Shown piece by piece: positions 19,379 through 28,991 of a stretch of 64,000 nt of DNA (its first letter is position 1; every line of letters starts with the position of its first letter). The notes below the pieces were generated by a model, which saw nothing but the letters and a program-made list of their open reading frames with translations, ran no database searches and had not been told where the DNA came from. This DNA comes from Candidatus Poribacteria bacterium (GTDB taxonomy: Bacteria; Poribacteria; WGA-4E; WGA-3G): assembly GCA_963665235.2 (NCBI GenBank), contig CAXXLX010000002.1:448001-512000 (forward strand). Direction: 5' to 3'. Position numbers and translations under genes: made by a program.

Positions 19379-19405
19379 ACCTTTGCCGCCGACTACCGTA
19401 AAAAA

Positions 19406-20809
19406 ATGGTTTTCAGTTCACATATCTTCGTCTACTATTTTCTGCCGGTTGCATTGCTGTGCTACTACCTGCTCCCTCGGCGCGCCAAACACTTAGGACT
19501 GACCCTTTTAAGCTACCTTTTTTACGGTTGGGCAAACCCCCCGTTCGTCTTGTTGATGTTAACGTCAACGTTAATTGATTATACGTGCGGACGCGTTATC
19601 TCTACGAGCACGCGACCCCGTTCCCGAAAGGTGGCATTGACGGTCTCTATCTGTTCAAACCTATCGCTTTTAGGATTTTTTAAGTATTTCAACTTCGGCA
19701 TCGCAAACATAAACGCCTTTATGGGCTGGCTGGGTTTACCGATTTGGGAGAGTGTGCTTCAGGTTGTGCTACCGCTCGGAATCAGTTTTTACACCTTCCA
19801 GTCGATGAGTTATACGATTGATGTCTATCGTGGCGATGCGAAAGCCATTCGCAATTTTATCGATTTTGCCTGTTATGTGTCAATGTTTCCGCAGCTCGTC
19901 GCGGGACCAATCATTCGGTTTTCAGAAATTGCCACACAGCTGCAGCAACGGACACACACGTTGGCGAAATTCGCGCGCGGCATAACGTTCTTCTCGCTCG
20001 GTATGGTGAAGAAGGTTTTGCTTGCCAATCCGTGCGGCAAATGCGCTGATACAGTATTCGGGGCAGGGGTCGTCGGAACACTTGAGGCGTGGTACGGTGC
20101 AATCGCTTACGCCTTTCAACTCTATTTCGATTTTAGTGGGTATTCCGACATGGCAATCGGATTGGGATTGATGCTAGGGTTTACCTTTCCCAAGAACTTT
20201 GATTCCCCGTACCTCGCTGAATCTATCACAGAGTTCTGGCGGCGGTGGCATATTTCACTCTCCAGCTGGCTTCGCGATTACCTCTACATTCCGCTAGGCG
20301 GAAATCGGCGGGGTGCAACGCGGACGTACATCAACCTCGCCCTTGTCATGGGCCTCGGCGGTTTATGGCACGGTGCAGCGTGGAATTTCGTCTTATGGGG
20401 CAGCATTCACGGCGGCATGCTAGCACTCGAGCGGAAGCGGGAAAAACGCAGCGTTTACCAGACGTTGCCGAAACCCTTCCGCATCGCAGCAACGTTCCTG
20501 CTTGTGCTAATCGCATGGGTTTTCTTCCGAGCAGGTGATTTATCCCATGCAATTATGTACCTTCGATGCATGTTTAGCACAGTGCCCTCGCAACCAGCTA
20601 CCGATTTAATTGCAGGTGTGCTTTATCAACCCTATTACCTATTGACGATGTCTATAGCAGGTATTGTAGTCTGGTGTTTTCCGCAGACCTGGGATTGGAC
20701 ACAACAATTGACACCTGTCCGTGTTGGCATATCTCTAGTGCTGTTCGGGCTCTCTCTCGTCATCTTGTCAACACAGGCGTATAATCCGTTCATCTATTTC
20801 ATTTTTTAG
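19406..20809 (+). CDS. algI: MBOAT O-acyltransferase (AlgI/PatA/DltB family)
   Basis: LPLGISFYTFQ, FPQLVAGPI, DFSGYSDMAIG, FWRRWHISLS and GLWHGA motifs. Confidence 0.93.
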   Translation: MVFSSHIFVYYFLPVALLCYYLLPRRAKHLGLTLLSYLFYGWANPPFVLLMLTSTLIDYTCGRVISTSTRPRSRKVALTVSICSNLSLLGFFKYFNFGIANINAFMGWLGLPIWESVLQVVLPLGISFYTFQSMSYTIDVYRGDAKAIRNFIDFACYVSMFPQLVAGPIIRFSEIATQLQQRTHTLAKFARGITFFSLGMVKKVLLANPCGKCADTVFGAGVVGTLEAWYGAIAYAFQLYFDFSGYSDMAIGLGLMLGFTFPKNFDSPYLAESITEFWRRWHISLSSWLRDYLYIPLGGNRRGATRTYINLALVMGLGGLWHGAAWNFVLWGSIHGGMLALERKREKRSVYQTLPKPFRIAATFLLVLIAWVFFRAGDLSHAIMYLRCMFSTVPSQPATDLIAGVLYQPYYLLTMSIAGIVVWCFPQTWDWTQQLTPVRVGISLVLFGLSLVILSTQAYNPFIYFIF

Positions 20810-20811
20810 CC

Positions 20812-22425
20812 ATGCAAAACTTCGCTAAACATCGCAGAGAGACCGCCGAGAAAGAACTCGGCAGCACACGTATCAGACGTAACGTGAGCGTAATCACACT
20901 CATCATTTTCGCACTAACCGTGCTATCTGTACCGTTCTGCCAATTTATCATTGCGCTCCACCGGGGCGAGACACCTCCCGTTTTTCACATTGCCAACCTG
21001 TTGCCTGTCCCGAGCCGTGAAGCAATTCAGACGTACGAGGACACATTAGAAGAGAAATCTGTTCTCACCGATTGGCTTTTGCCGGGTGTCCAGACAGTTT
21101 TGACGCGTCTGCTCCGCATTGGCAACGAACAGGTCTATTTGGGACGAGAAGGTTGGTTGTTCTATCGTGCTGACATAGATTCGCTAAGCGGCAAACGCCA
21201 TCATCAGGAGAACACCCGTTTTCAAGCACGCCAACAGACTGCACACGCAGCACAAGCGGACAATTCACATAATGCTGCCCTGACAGCGATTATCAATTTC
21301 AATCGTCAGTTAGAGATGTACGACATCAAACTCATTGTCCTGCCAACCCCCGTTAAACCGACAATCCATCCTGAGAAATTCTCTGCCCGCTACCGCGATG
21401 CTAAAGCACCGCTACACAGTCCAGCCTGTACAGCTTTTGTTGAAGCCCTTCTGTCCAACGATATTTTAGTATATCAACCATCAACACATCTCTTTGAAGC
21501 GGCACGTTCTGTTGACCAATATCTCAAGACAGACACACATTGGCGGCCGGAGGCGATGGAACGTGTCGCAAAACATTTCGCTGAATTCATTGCCGCGCAC
21601 GTTCAATTCAGCACCGCGCCAACACCGGGCTATACCTATACAGCTATCGAACTCGCCAACATCGGGGATATCGCGAAGATGCTGAAACTGCCAACACACC
21701 AAACCCTTTTCCCCCCGGAACACATTACATGCCGCGTCATCCGAACCGATTCGGGAGAACTGTGGCAACCAACACGTGAAGCAGAAATTCTGTTCCTCGG
21801 AGACAGCTTCAGCAATATCTACTCGCTCGCTGACATGGGATGGGGTGAATCCGCAGGATTTGTTGAACATCTCAGTGCTGCCCTCTCGCGACCGATTGAT
21901 AAAATTGTCATCAATGCAGGCGGCGCGCTTGCAACCCGCCAAGCTCTCATGCAGGAACTCAACCGGGGTGATAATCGACTAGCCGGCAAACGTGTACTTG
22001 TCTATCAGTTCGCAACGCGAGAACTTAGTGACGGCGACTGGAAATTACTACCGCTACCGACCCCAAATCAGAACATCAATGCGGCGACACCCAAAACCCA
22101 GTATGAAGAGATAACCGTCACCGCAACTATCAAGGCGAAGACGATGCCCCCTGCACCGAGAAGTGTACCGTATTCCGAATGCATCATCGCTCTTCATCTC
22201 GAAAATGTCAAAACACCTCAGCTTCCGAACGAGCTCGTTGTGTTCCTATGGGGTATGCGTCAAAACCGATGGACAGCGGCGACCGCATTCAAAGTAGGAC
22301 AACAGGTGAAATTAGACCTGCGCCCTTGGGTGTCGGTCGAATCAGATTACGACAGCTATTACCGCAAGGAGTTGGAAGATGAACAGACGTGGTTGCTAGA
22401 TATATATTGGGGAGAAATACCATGA
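20812..22425 (+). CDS. AlgJ/AlgX-like SGNH O-acetyltransferase with extra C-terminal domain
   Basis: N-terminal TM, GREGWLFY, KTDTHW and LGDSFSN motifs. Confidence 0.85.
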   Translation: MQNFAKHRRETAEKELGSTRIRRNVSVITLIIFALTVLSVPFCQFIIALHRGETPPVFHIANLLPVPSREAIQTYEDTLEEKSVLTDWLLPGVQTVLTRLLRIGNEQVYLGREGWLFYRADIDSLSGKRHHQENTRFQARQQTAHAAQADNSHNAALTAIINFNRQLEMYDIKLIVLPTPVKPTIHPEKFSARYRDAKAPLHSPACTAFVEALLSNDILVYQPSTHLFEAARSVDQYLKTDTHWRPEAMERVAKHFAEFIAAHVQFSTAPTPGYTYTAIELANIGDIAKMLKLPTHQTLFPPEHITCRVIRTDSGELWQPTREAEILFLGDSFSNIYSLADMGWGESAGFVEHLSAALSRPIDKIVINAGGALATRQALMQELNRGDNRLAGKRVLVYQFATRELSDGDWKLLPLPTPNQNINAATPKTQYEEITVTATIKAKTMPPAPRSVPYSECIIALHLENVKTPQLPNELVVFLWGMRQNRWTAATAFKVGQQVKLDLRPWVSVESDYDSYYRKELEDEQTWLLDIYWGEIP

Positions 22426-23456
22426 TATCCATGAAAAAATTGCTACTACTTATGTGCTTTCTCGTTTGGCACGTCAACCCCGCTTTATCTGAAGTGGACC
22501 TTTTCAGGGAAATGTGTGCTGAAAAAGCGGCCCAAGCAGCAGCACAGAAAACAACTGTTGTCCTCGGACAGGAGGGGTGGCTGTTTTACGCCCCTGAACT
22601 GCGGTCTCTGAGCGTCCGACAATTTTGGGGAGAAGCCGCCAAGAAGGTGAACAGGACACCGAACCCTGAATTTGCCGACCCGCTTCCTGCTATTCTTGAC
22701 TTCAAAGCACAATTGGACAGGGCAGGCATCACACTGATTTTTGTCCCGATACCCGCAAAAGCCACTATCTATCCAGATAAAGTCGGAGACGAACGCCGCA
22801 AGGTTTCCGAAACCGAGCGGACCGATGAATATCATCTAAAATTCTACGACATTTTACGAAAACAGGGGGTGAACGTGCTGGATTTAACGCCTATTTTCCT
22901 CCAAAATCGGTTTACCGATGCTGGGCCCCTATACTGTAAGCAGGATACACATTGGTCCGGGCAGGGGAGTGTTCTCGCAGCGGAAGCTATTGCTAAAACC
23001 ATCGGCATGCCCCCCTGGATGGATGAAATTCCAAAACGCAAGACAACAACTGAGACGCGCACCCTTGAAATCATCGGTGACCTCTGGTTGGAACTACGGG
23101 ATAAGAATTTACAGAAGGAGAAATTACAGCTTGTGTATGTCAAACACAATAACACGGCTCCGTTAGGTGTGTCATGGCGAGCAAGCCCGGTCGTACTCTT
23201 GGGGGATAGTCATAACCTTGTTTTTCACAAGGGCAGTGGTATGCACGCGCAGGGAGCGGGGTTACCGGACCATCTTGCACATCAACTCGGATTTCCTGTA
23301 GATGTAGTGGCGGTTCGTCGCTCCGGGGCAACGTTATCGCGATTGAACCTATTTCGACGTTCCGATAACCTGAACGGAAAACGGGTAGTTGTCTGGTGTC
23401 TGAGCGTACGAGAATTTACCGAGGAAGGGTGGCGAAAAATACCGGTCATTCGATAG
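22422..23456 (+). CDS. AlgJ/AlgX-like SGNH O-acetyltransferase
   Basis: Signal peptide, GQEGWLFY, KQDTHW and LGDSHN motifs; ATGA overlap with the previous gene. Confidence 0.85.
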   Translation: MISMKKLLLLMCFLVWHVNPALSEVDLFREMCAEKAAQAAAQKTTVVLGQEGWLFYAPELRSLSVRQFWGEAAKKVNRTPNPEFADPLPAILDFKAQLDRAGITLIFVPIPAKATIYPDKVGDERRKVSETERTDEYHLKFYDILRKQGVNVLDLTPIFLQNRFTDAGPLYCKQDTHWSGQGSVLAAEAIAKTIGMPPWMDEIPKRKTTTETRTLEIIGDLWLELRDKNLQKEKLQLVYVKHNNTAPLGVSWRASPVVLLGDSHNLVFHKGSGMHAQGAGLPDHLAHQLGFPVDVVAVRRSGATLSRLNLFRRSDNLNGKRVVVWCLSVREFTEEGWRKIPVIR

Positions 23457-23536
23457 TCAATTAGCAAATAGCGATTAGCAATTGGCGAATGGCAAGAGTC
23501 TTTCTTACCTATAGCCAACAACTAATCGCAATAGCT
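23455..23536. repeat. Degenerate heptamer tandem repeats with an inverted arm
   Basis: TTAGCAA ATAGCGA TTAGCAA TTGGCGA ATGGCAA, then complementary units. Related tracts at about 38712-38738, 57981-58030 and 60595-60724. Confidence 0.65.
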
Positions 23537-24282
23537 TACTCAATCTCGTAAACTACACTGACATTCACGGTAACAGTAAGTTCGCCAGGTGAAATAGGTG
23601 TAGGCGTGCGTCCAGCATCCGCATCCAAAGCTGCATCCTCAGCGTAAGCGATTGGCGGACCGGAGGTGTATGTCGTTTCTGTAATTGTAATAGGTTTTCC
23701 GAGCCTAACGCCGCCTGCATCTGCTAAGGTTTCTGCTTTCGCTTCGGCATTCTTCATTGCCAAGCTACGCGCCTGTGCTTGTAAAGGTGTGGGGTCTTCA
23801 ATCGAGAATTGAATAGAGTTTATAACAACGCTATCGCCTCCGCCTTCAGCAGCATCGTCAATTATCTTGCTAAGCGTATCCAGGTCTAACACCTTTGCAC
23901 TGACGGTGTTGCTCACATTGTAGCCGCGAAGCACACGTCCGTTTTCCGTGTAGTCGTACTGCGGATAGATGCTGAAGTTCCTCGTTTTAATGTCATCTTC
24001 AGCAACGCCGTTGGTTTTGAGGGACTTTACCACCGCTGTCATCGCGCTGGCCGCATCTTCACGGGCCTCCGCTACAGTCTTTCTCAATACGGATACACCT
24101 AAATTGAGCGTTGCCATATCCGGTTCACCAACGACTGAACCGCTCCCGTTCACATTGATAGTTCTATCTGTTGAATTGCCTAGCGGCCACGTCAGCGTTG
24201 ATGAGAGATTTGTATCACAAGCACTGAGGGTTATAACCAGCAGCGCGCTGAGTATTAATAATGCAAAATTAAATTTCTTCAT
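23536..24282 (-). CDS. SIMPL (DUF541) domain lipoprotein
   Basis: Lipobox LSAC; VNGSGSVVGEPDMA and ISPGELTVTVNVSVVY motifs. Confidence 0.9.
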   Translation of the reverse strand: MKKFNFALLILSALLVITLSACDTNLSSTLTWPLGNSTDRTINVNGSGSVVGEPDMATLNLGVSVLRKTVAEAREDAASAMTAVVKSLKTNGVAEDDIKTRNFSIYPQYDYTENGRVLRGYNVSNTVSAKVLDLDTLSKIIDDAAEGGGDSVVINSIQFSIEDPTPLQAQARSLAMKNAEAKAETLADAGGVRLGKPITITETTYTSGPPIAYAEDAALDADAGRTPTPISPGELTVTVNVSVVYEIE

Positions 24283-24296
24283 TACAATTTCCTTTC

Positions 24297-25271
24297 CTAC
24301 TCTACGGGAGTCGGTGTCTCCGTTTCTGGCGGAATTACCTTCTCCGCGAGGGTTTCAGATTTCTTTATTAACCTATCGACATTTGATTTGAATAACATAA
24401 AAACTGTATCTTTATCGCTGCTTTTGACATAAAGTTTGCCACCTTCCTCTTTTCCGATATGCAGCGTTCGGATTGAACCGTCATTGAGACGTGCGGTAAT
24501 GGAGGAGGTGGGGGCATCTAAACCGTATTCGGCAAGCTCGTTCTCCGCTGCGAAATCATCGGCTGTCAATTGACTAAAGGTAGTAAGCAGATTATCAATC
24601 TCGGTTTGGATAACACCGGAAGCAACCGGTTTGAGCAGCTGCCATCTGTTTTCAGCATCTCGGTGCAGCTCCACCGTCTCCTCCGGTGAGGTGATGTTAA
24701 TCTGTGTAACGATATCCTTGTTAAACTTGAAGATAGTCCGCTCTTTCCAGGTTCGCGTGCCTTTGTCAAAAATGCCTTGTAGATAACCCTGTGCTGTATA
24801 GACATCGTTGGAATCGGCGACGCGTACGTAGCTGCTCAAGAAACCGGGGGTATTTTTTCCGACAAAGAGATGTGCCAACATTTTATCGTTTGCATCCATC
24901 AATTTCGCTTCAACCCCGGTGCTATCGACCCCGAATTCGGCTCGGTTTTTCGGGTTATCAGAGACGCGGTTGGCATTGTCAAATTCTGCCACTTTAGTCA
25001 ACAACTCATCAACGCTTTCACTATCTGCGGGGTAGTTGTCCATAGAGGCGACGAGCCACTGCCCGGTCTGCTTTGAGAGGAGTGTGGTTTCCGCTTTAGC
25101 AATAATTTCTATTTTTGTAACCTGCCCCTTATCAAAATCCGGAAAGAGGGAGGTTGCCTCTTCGACCTTCTTTTGATACTCACTTTTCTGAAAAGGGTTC
25201 TCCAAAATCAGGACAAGAAGTAAGAGCACAACAAAAACGCCGCCTAAAATCAGTAGTTGCTTTTTTTTCAT
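24297..25271 (-). CDS. DUF4340-domain protein
   Basis: N-terminal anchor; repeated W...YPAD / (F/Y)G(V/L)D / LxIGK / YV(R/K) pattern; follows the GldG-like gene. Confidence 0.8.
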   Translation of the reverse strand: MKKKQLLILGGVFVVLLLLVLILENPFQKSEYQKKVEEATSLFPDFDKGQVTKIEIIAKAETTLLSKQTGQWLVASMDNYPADSESVDELLTKVAEFDNANRVSDNPKNRAEFGVDSTGVEAKLMDANDKMLAHLFVGKNTPGFLSSYVRVADSNDVYTAQGYLQGIFDKGTRTWKERTIFKFNKDIVTQINITSPEETVELHRDAENRWQLLKPVASGVIQTEIDNLLTTFSQLTADDFAAENELAEYGLDAPTSSITARLNDGSIRTLHIGKEEGGKLYVKSSDKDTVFMLFKSNVDRLIKKSETLAEKVIPPETETPTPVE

Positions 25272-25272
25272 C

Positions 25273-26919
25273 TTAAATCCGCGAACCGTAGGTTACTACC
25301 AACCGTTTCACCCTCCTTTTTAACAAGTACCGGATTAACCCGAAGATAACGACTAGCAGTGGAATGCCAGCAGTACAGAAGTATTTGATGAAATTTTTCT
25401 CAAAACCTGAAGCATCTTTTAGCGGTCTGTCGGTGATAGCCCGTGAACGGATACCGATGAGTGTATCGCCGAGGGTTAACCAATCCACACTGTTTGAGAA
25501 AAATTTGACACTGTGGTCGTTAAGTTGTGTGAGGAATTGTGCTGTTCCGACAACGATAATCTGCGTTTCGGCACTTTCAGTTATCGTTGTCCGCTCTGTA
25601 GTATCTTGTGTCGGCTCGGGGTTGTCTTTTTCGGTTTCACTCCCAGCCCCCGTTGTCGAGGCTACCTGTGGAATCTCTTTATTGACATAGAAGCTTTTGA
25701 ACTTGCCTGCTAAAGCCACTGCAACGGTATAAGCTTGCAACTCCGCATTCGGCGGAAAGGGTGTCCCCGGCATTAGGTTGTAAACCCCTTGGGCACTCTG
25801 TCCAAATTCACTCGTTTTTACTAACGGGGTTGCCGTGATACCTTCTACTGTCAGAATTTCTAAAGAACTGGTCCAGGGTAAGGTCAACGTTTCCAATAGA
25901 CTCGTGATAGTGTGTTCTTTGGAGAAATTCTGCTTAGCTATCTTAACAAAATAGGGATAAGGTTGCACAAAGGTCACCCGTCCCTGCTGTAGCCGGACAT
26001 TGTCGTGAAATCTACGGTCGGCAATTAAGTTATTTCCGAGTTTGACCCCGTAATGTTCAAGGAGGTCGTTCAAACCGGTACTAAGCGGGGTCCCCTGAAG
26101 CGTTTGCGATTGCATCGTAATGGAATCCACTAGGAAAATGGTTCTACCACCACGCATGATAAATTGGTCAATTTCATATTTCTCGCGTTCTGTCAACGCC
26201 CGTTTCGGACCGGCGACAACCAACGTTGTCACAGATTCGTCAACCGGCTTACCTGTTTGCAAGTCAACGGTGGTAAGGTTATATTGCCCTTGGGCGTTTT
26301 TATCCAGGAGCCGACGAAGATCTTGATTCCCTGGAGTCTGCGCGTTGATATCGTATTCATCGTGTCCAGTCAAAAATCCGACCGTTTTCGTCTCCTTCGT
26401 CGTCACCTTCAGAATTGCGGAGGTGAGTTGATATTCCAAGTTAGCAGTTGATTGCACAATCGGCAGAACTTCCTCTTTACCGCTGTAACCGACAGAAATC
26501 GCCATATAGACGTTCGCTATCTCCACCTTGTCTTTCCTATAAACATTGATTCGGTTCTCAGAAATCCCTTTAAACCGAAGCTCCTGTTTCTGAGCATCGT
26601 CAAAATCCGCCGGGTCAATAAAATCTATCTGGAGTTTTTGTGAGAACGCTTTATACTCATCCAAAATATCTCTAACATCCCGCTGGATTTTTGCGACCTC
26701 CGCGAGTTCTGTAGAAAAGTAAGCGGTGATAGTCACAATATCGTCAAGTCCCTTAATAAGATTTTTGGTCGATTTTGAGACGGTATAACGTTTATCCTCG
26801 GTGAGGTCAGCCCGTAAAAAACGACGCGTGGAGAGAAAATTTATCAGCACGAGAATACCGAGGATGATTGCTATAAATGCAACGGTATTGGTACCGTACC
26901 TAATCTGTTTACTAGCCAA
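25273..26919 (-). CDS. GldG-family ABC transporter auxiliary component
   Basis: DLTEDKRYTVS, FLTGHDE, VVAGP...IDQFIMRGG, N- and C-terminal TMs. Start placed at TTG after AAGGAGG. Confidence 0.88.
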   Translation of the reverse strand: MASKQIRYGTNTVAFIAIILGILVLINFLSTRRFLRADLTEDKRYTVSKSTKNLIKGLDDIVTITAYFSTELAEVAKIQRDVRDILDEYKAFSQKLQIDFIDPADFDDAQKQELRFKGISENRINVYRKDKVEIANVYMAISVGYSGKEEVLPIVQSTANLEYQLTSAILKVTTKETKTVGFLTGHDEYDINAQTPGNQDLRRLLDKNAQGQYNLTTVDLQTGKPVDESVTTLVVAGPKRALTEREKYEIDQFIMRGGRTIFLVDSITMQSQTLQGTPLSTGLNDLLEHYGVKLGNNLIADRRFHDNVRLQQGRVTFVQPYPYFVKIAKQNFSKEHTITSLLETLTLPWTSSLEILTVEGITATPLVKTSEFGQSAQGVYNLMPGTPFPPNAELQAYTVAVALAGKFKSFYVNKEIPQVASTTGAGSETEKDNPEPTQDTTERTTITESAETQIIVVGTAQFLTQLNDHSVKFFSNSVDWLTLGDTLIGIRSRAITDRPLKDASGFEKNFIKYFCTAGIPLLVVIFGLIRYLLKRRVKRLVVTYGSRI

Positions 26920-26938
26920 AACATTTACCCTCCTTATC

Positions 26939-27655
26939 TTAACGCCATTTGCGGCTTTCAACCGACAAAGTGCTTAAATACAGAAAAAACCCGATGATGG
27001 AAAGATAGTAGATAATATCACGAGAATCAATCACACCCCGCAGAATACTGCTATAATGTGCACCGAGACCGAGATAGCTAAAAATTGGAAATAACCAATC
27101 CGGCGTACTGAAAAGCACAATATCTTCACCGATAATCAGCAACCCAAAGCAAGCAGTTATCCCTAAAATAAACGCAACAATCTGGTTTTCTGTCAACGTC
27201 GACGTAAACAACCCTATTGCCAGATATGCCCCACCCATCAATAGCAGACCGATATAACCACATACAAGCGTACCGCCATCTGGGTCGCCCAAGTAGATAA
27301 CCGAAAGGGGCAGGACAAGCGAAAAGAGTGCTGTTATCGCGAGCAGTCCGAAGCTTGCAAGAAATTTTCCTAGCACCACCTCATAATCCCGAATCGGTAG
27401 GGTCATGAGGATTTCTGCTGTTCCGATTTTCTTCTCTTCAGCCCAGAGCTTCATTGTTACGGCGGGAATAAAAAAGAGAAATATCCACGGCATTAGCCCG
27501 AAAAATCCCCGCATTTCCGCTTGGTTGTTGATGAAAAAAGCTCGGAAAAAGAGCCACGAAGATATCGCGAGGAAAAATGTGATGAAAATATATGCAATAG
27601 GGGAATTGAAATAACTTCTTAATTCCTTCTTGAAAATGGCGTTGATGTTTTGCAT
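26939..27655 (-). CDS. GldF-family ABC-2 permease
   Basis: KKELRSYFNSPIAY, TMKLWAEEKKIGTAEILMTLP and VLGKF motifs. Confidence 0.92.
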   Translation of the reverse strand: MQNINAIFKKELRSYFNSPIAYIFITFFLAISSWLFFRAFFINNQAEMRGFFGLMPWIFLFFIPAVTMKLWAEEKKIGTAEILMTLPIRDYEVVLGKFLASFGLLAITALFSLVLPLSVIYLGDPDGGTLVCGYIGLLLMGGAYLAIGLFTSTLTENQIVAFILGITACFGLLIIGEDIVLFSTPDWLFPIFSYLGLGAHYSSILRGVIDSRDIIYYLSIIGFFLYLSTLSVESRKWR

Positions 27656-27862
27656 AATCTCTATGTTTGTATACGCGACACGCGGTTATAGAAAAACGCG
27701 AGTTTGAAAAAAGTTTTGACCTAGAGCGTTCTCTGGTAGTTTTAGCAAAAAACTGCACAAACTAGGAAGTATGTGCTACAATGATGCTGCTTTTTTCTCG
27801 GTGAAAAAGGTTTAGAGCAAACGGATATTTATTATCAAGCTCACGTTAGAAAAGCGAAAATG

Positions 27863-28876
27863 TTACGCTGAGGAGTCATTTGTAGAATCCTCTGTAGCGG
27901 CTGTTTCACTTACTGGTTCCGGTGTAGGCGCAGTTTCCCTAACCTGACCGGCAGTAAAGTGGAGGAATACCTGCTCCAAATCTACAGATTCTTGGCGGAG
28001 TTCAGTTAAACGCCACCCATTTTGTACAACACTATCGAAAAGCGTTTCCGCAGCATTTTCACTTCCGTGTGCTGCTGTGATTTCATAGCTAACTACGTTA
28101 TCGTCTGTTTCGACATGCGTCCAACTAGCAATGTCCGTTAACGTATCTAGTTTTGCTGTAATTGCCTCTTCCGGCCCCTGTATAGCAACGTGCAGCTTCC
28201 CTTCACTCCGTACCTGGCTGACGAGTTCCGTTAACGTCCCGTTTGCAACCAGCTCCCCGTGGTTGATAATAAGGATGCGACTACAGGTAGCCGCCACCTC
28301 CGGCAGGATATGTGTACTGAAAAGCACCAGCTTCTCTTGCCCAATATCCTTAATCAGGTTACGAATCTCAATCGTTTGACTCGGGTCTAGTCCGGAGGTA
28401 GGTTCATCTAGAATCAGAATAGGCGGGTCGTGAATGAGACTTTGCGCCAAGCCGACGCGTTGGCGATACCCTTTAGAAAGTTCACCGATGTCCTTCTGAA
28501 TAACACCCTCAAGGCCACAGATTTCAACGACAGCCTTTAATCGCTCACGCCGTTGGCTTTTTGGAATATCTCTAATCTCTGTCATAAACTTGAGGTATTC
28601 AACAACGCCCATATCTGCATAGAGCGGCGCACTCTCAGGGAGGTACCCGACGTTCTTTCGGACATCAATTGAATGTTCAAGCACATCGTAACCGGCAACG
28701 GTCGCGCTTCCCGCATCAGCAATAAGGTAACACGTCAGGATACGCATCGTCGTCGTCTTTCCTGCCCCGTTAGGTCCGATGAATCCTATGACTTCTCCAG
28801 CCTGTGCTTCAAAAGAGACCTGATTGACGGCAAGAGTTGGGCCGTAAGATTTTGTAAGTTCTTTAACTTCAATCAT
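27863..28876 (-). CDS. GldA-like ABC transporter ATP-binding protein
   Basis: GPNGAGKTT, LSKGYRQRVG, LILDEPT; start set downstream of the promoter. Confidence 0.93.
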   Translation of the reverse strand: MIEVKELTKSYGPTLAVNQVSFEAQAGEVIGFIGPNGAGKTTTMRILTCYLIADAGSATVAGYDVLEHSIDVRKNVGYLPESAPLYADMGVVEYLKFMTEIRDIPKSQRRERLKAVVEICGLEGVIQKDIGELSKGYRQRVGLAQSLIHDPPILILDEPTSGLDPSQTIEIRNLIKDIGQEKLVLFSTHILPEVAATCSRILIINHGELVANGTLTELVSQVRSEGKLHVAIQGPEEAITAKLDTLTDIASWTHVETDDNVVSYEITAAHGSENAAETLFDSVVQNGWRLTELRQESVDLEQVFLHFTAGQVRETAPTPEPVSETAATEDSTNDSSA

Positions 28877-28953
28877 TATTTTTTCAGTGAGCGAGAGGTG
28901 TGCCTCCCGAAGTTCGTTTTGTTTTTTTAAGGTGTAAAAAACCTTAAAAAATA

Positions 28954-28982
28954 ATGATAACATAAAATTTAAAAAATGTCAA
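28954..28982 (-). promoter_or_regulatory. sigma70-type promoter for the Gld-like operon
   Basis: Minus strand TTGACA-17-TATCAT with TG extension. Confidence 0.6.
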
Positions 28983-28991
28983 GAAAAAAAA

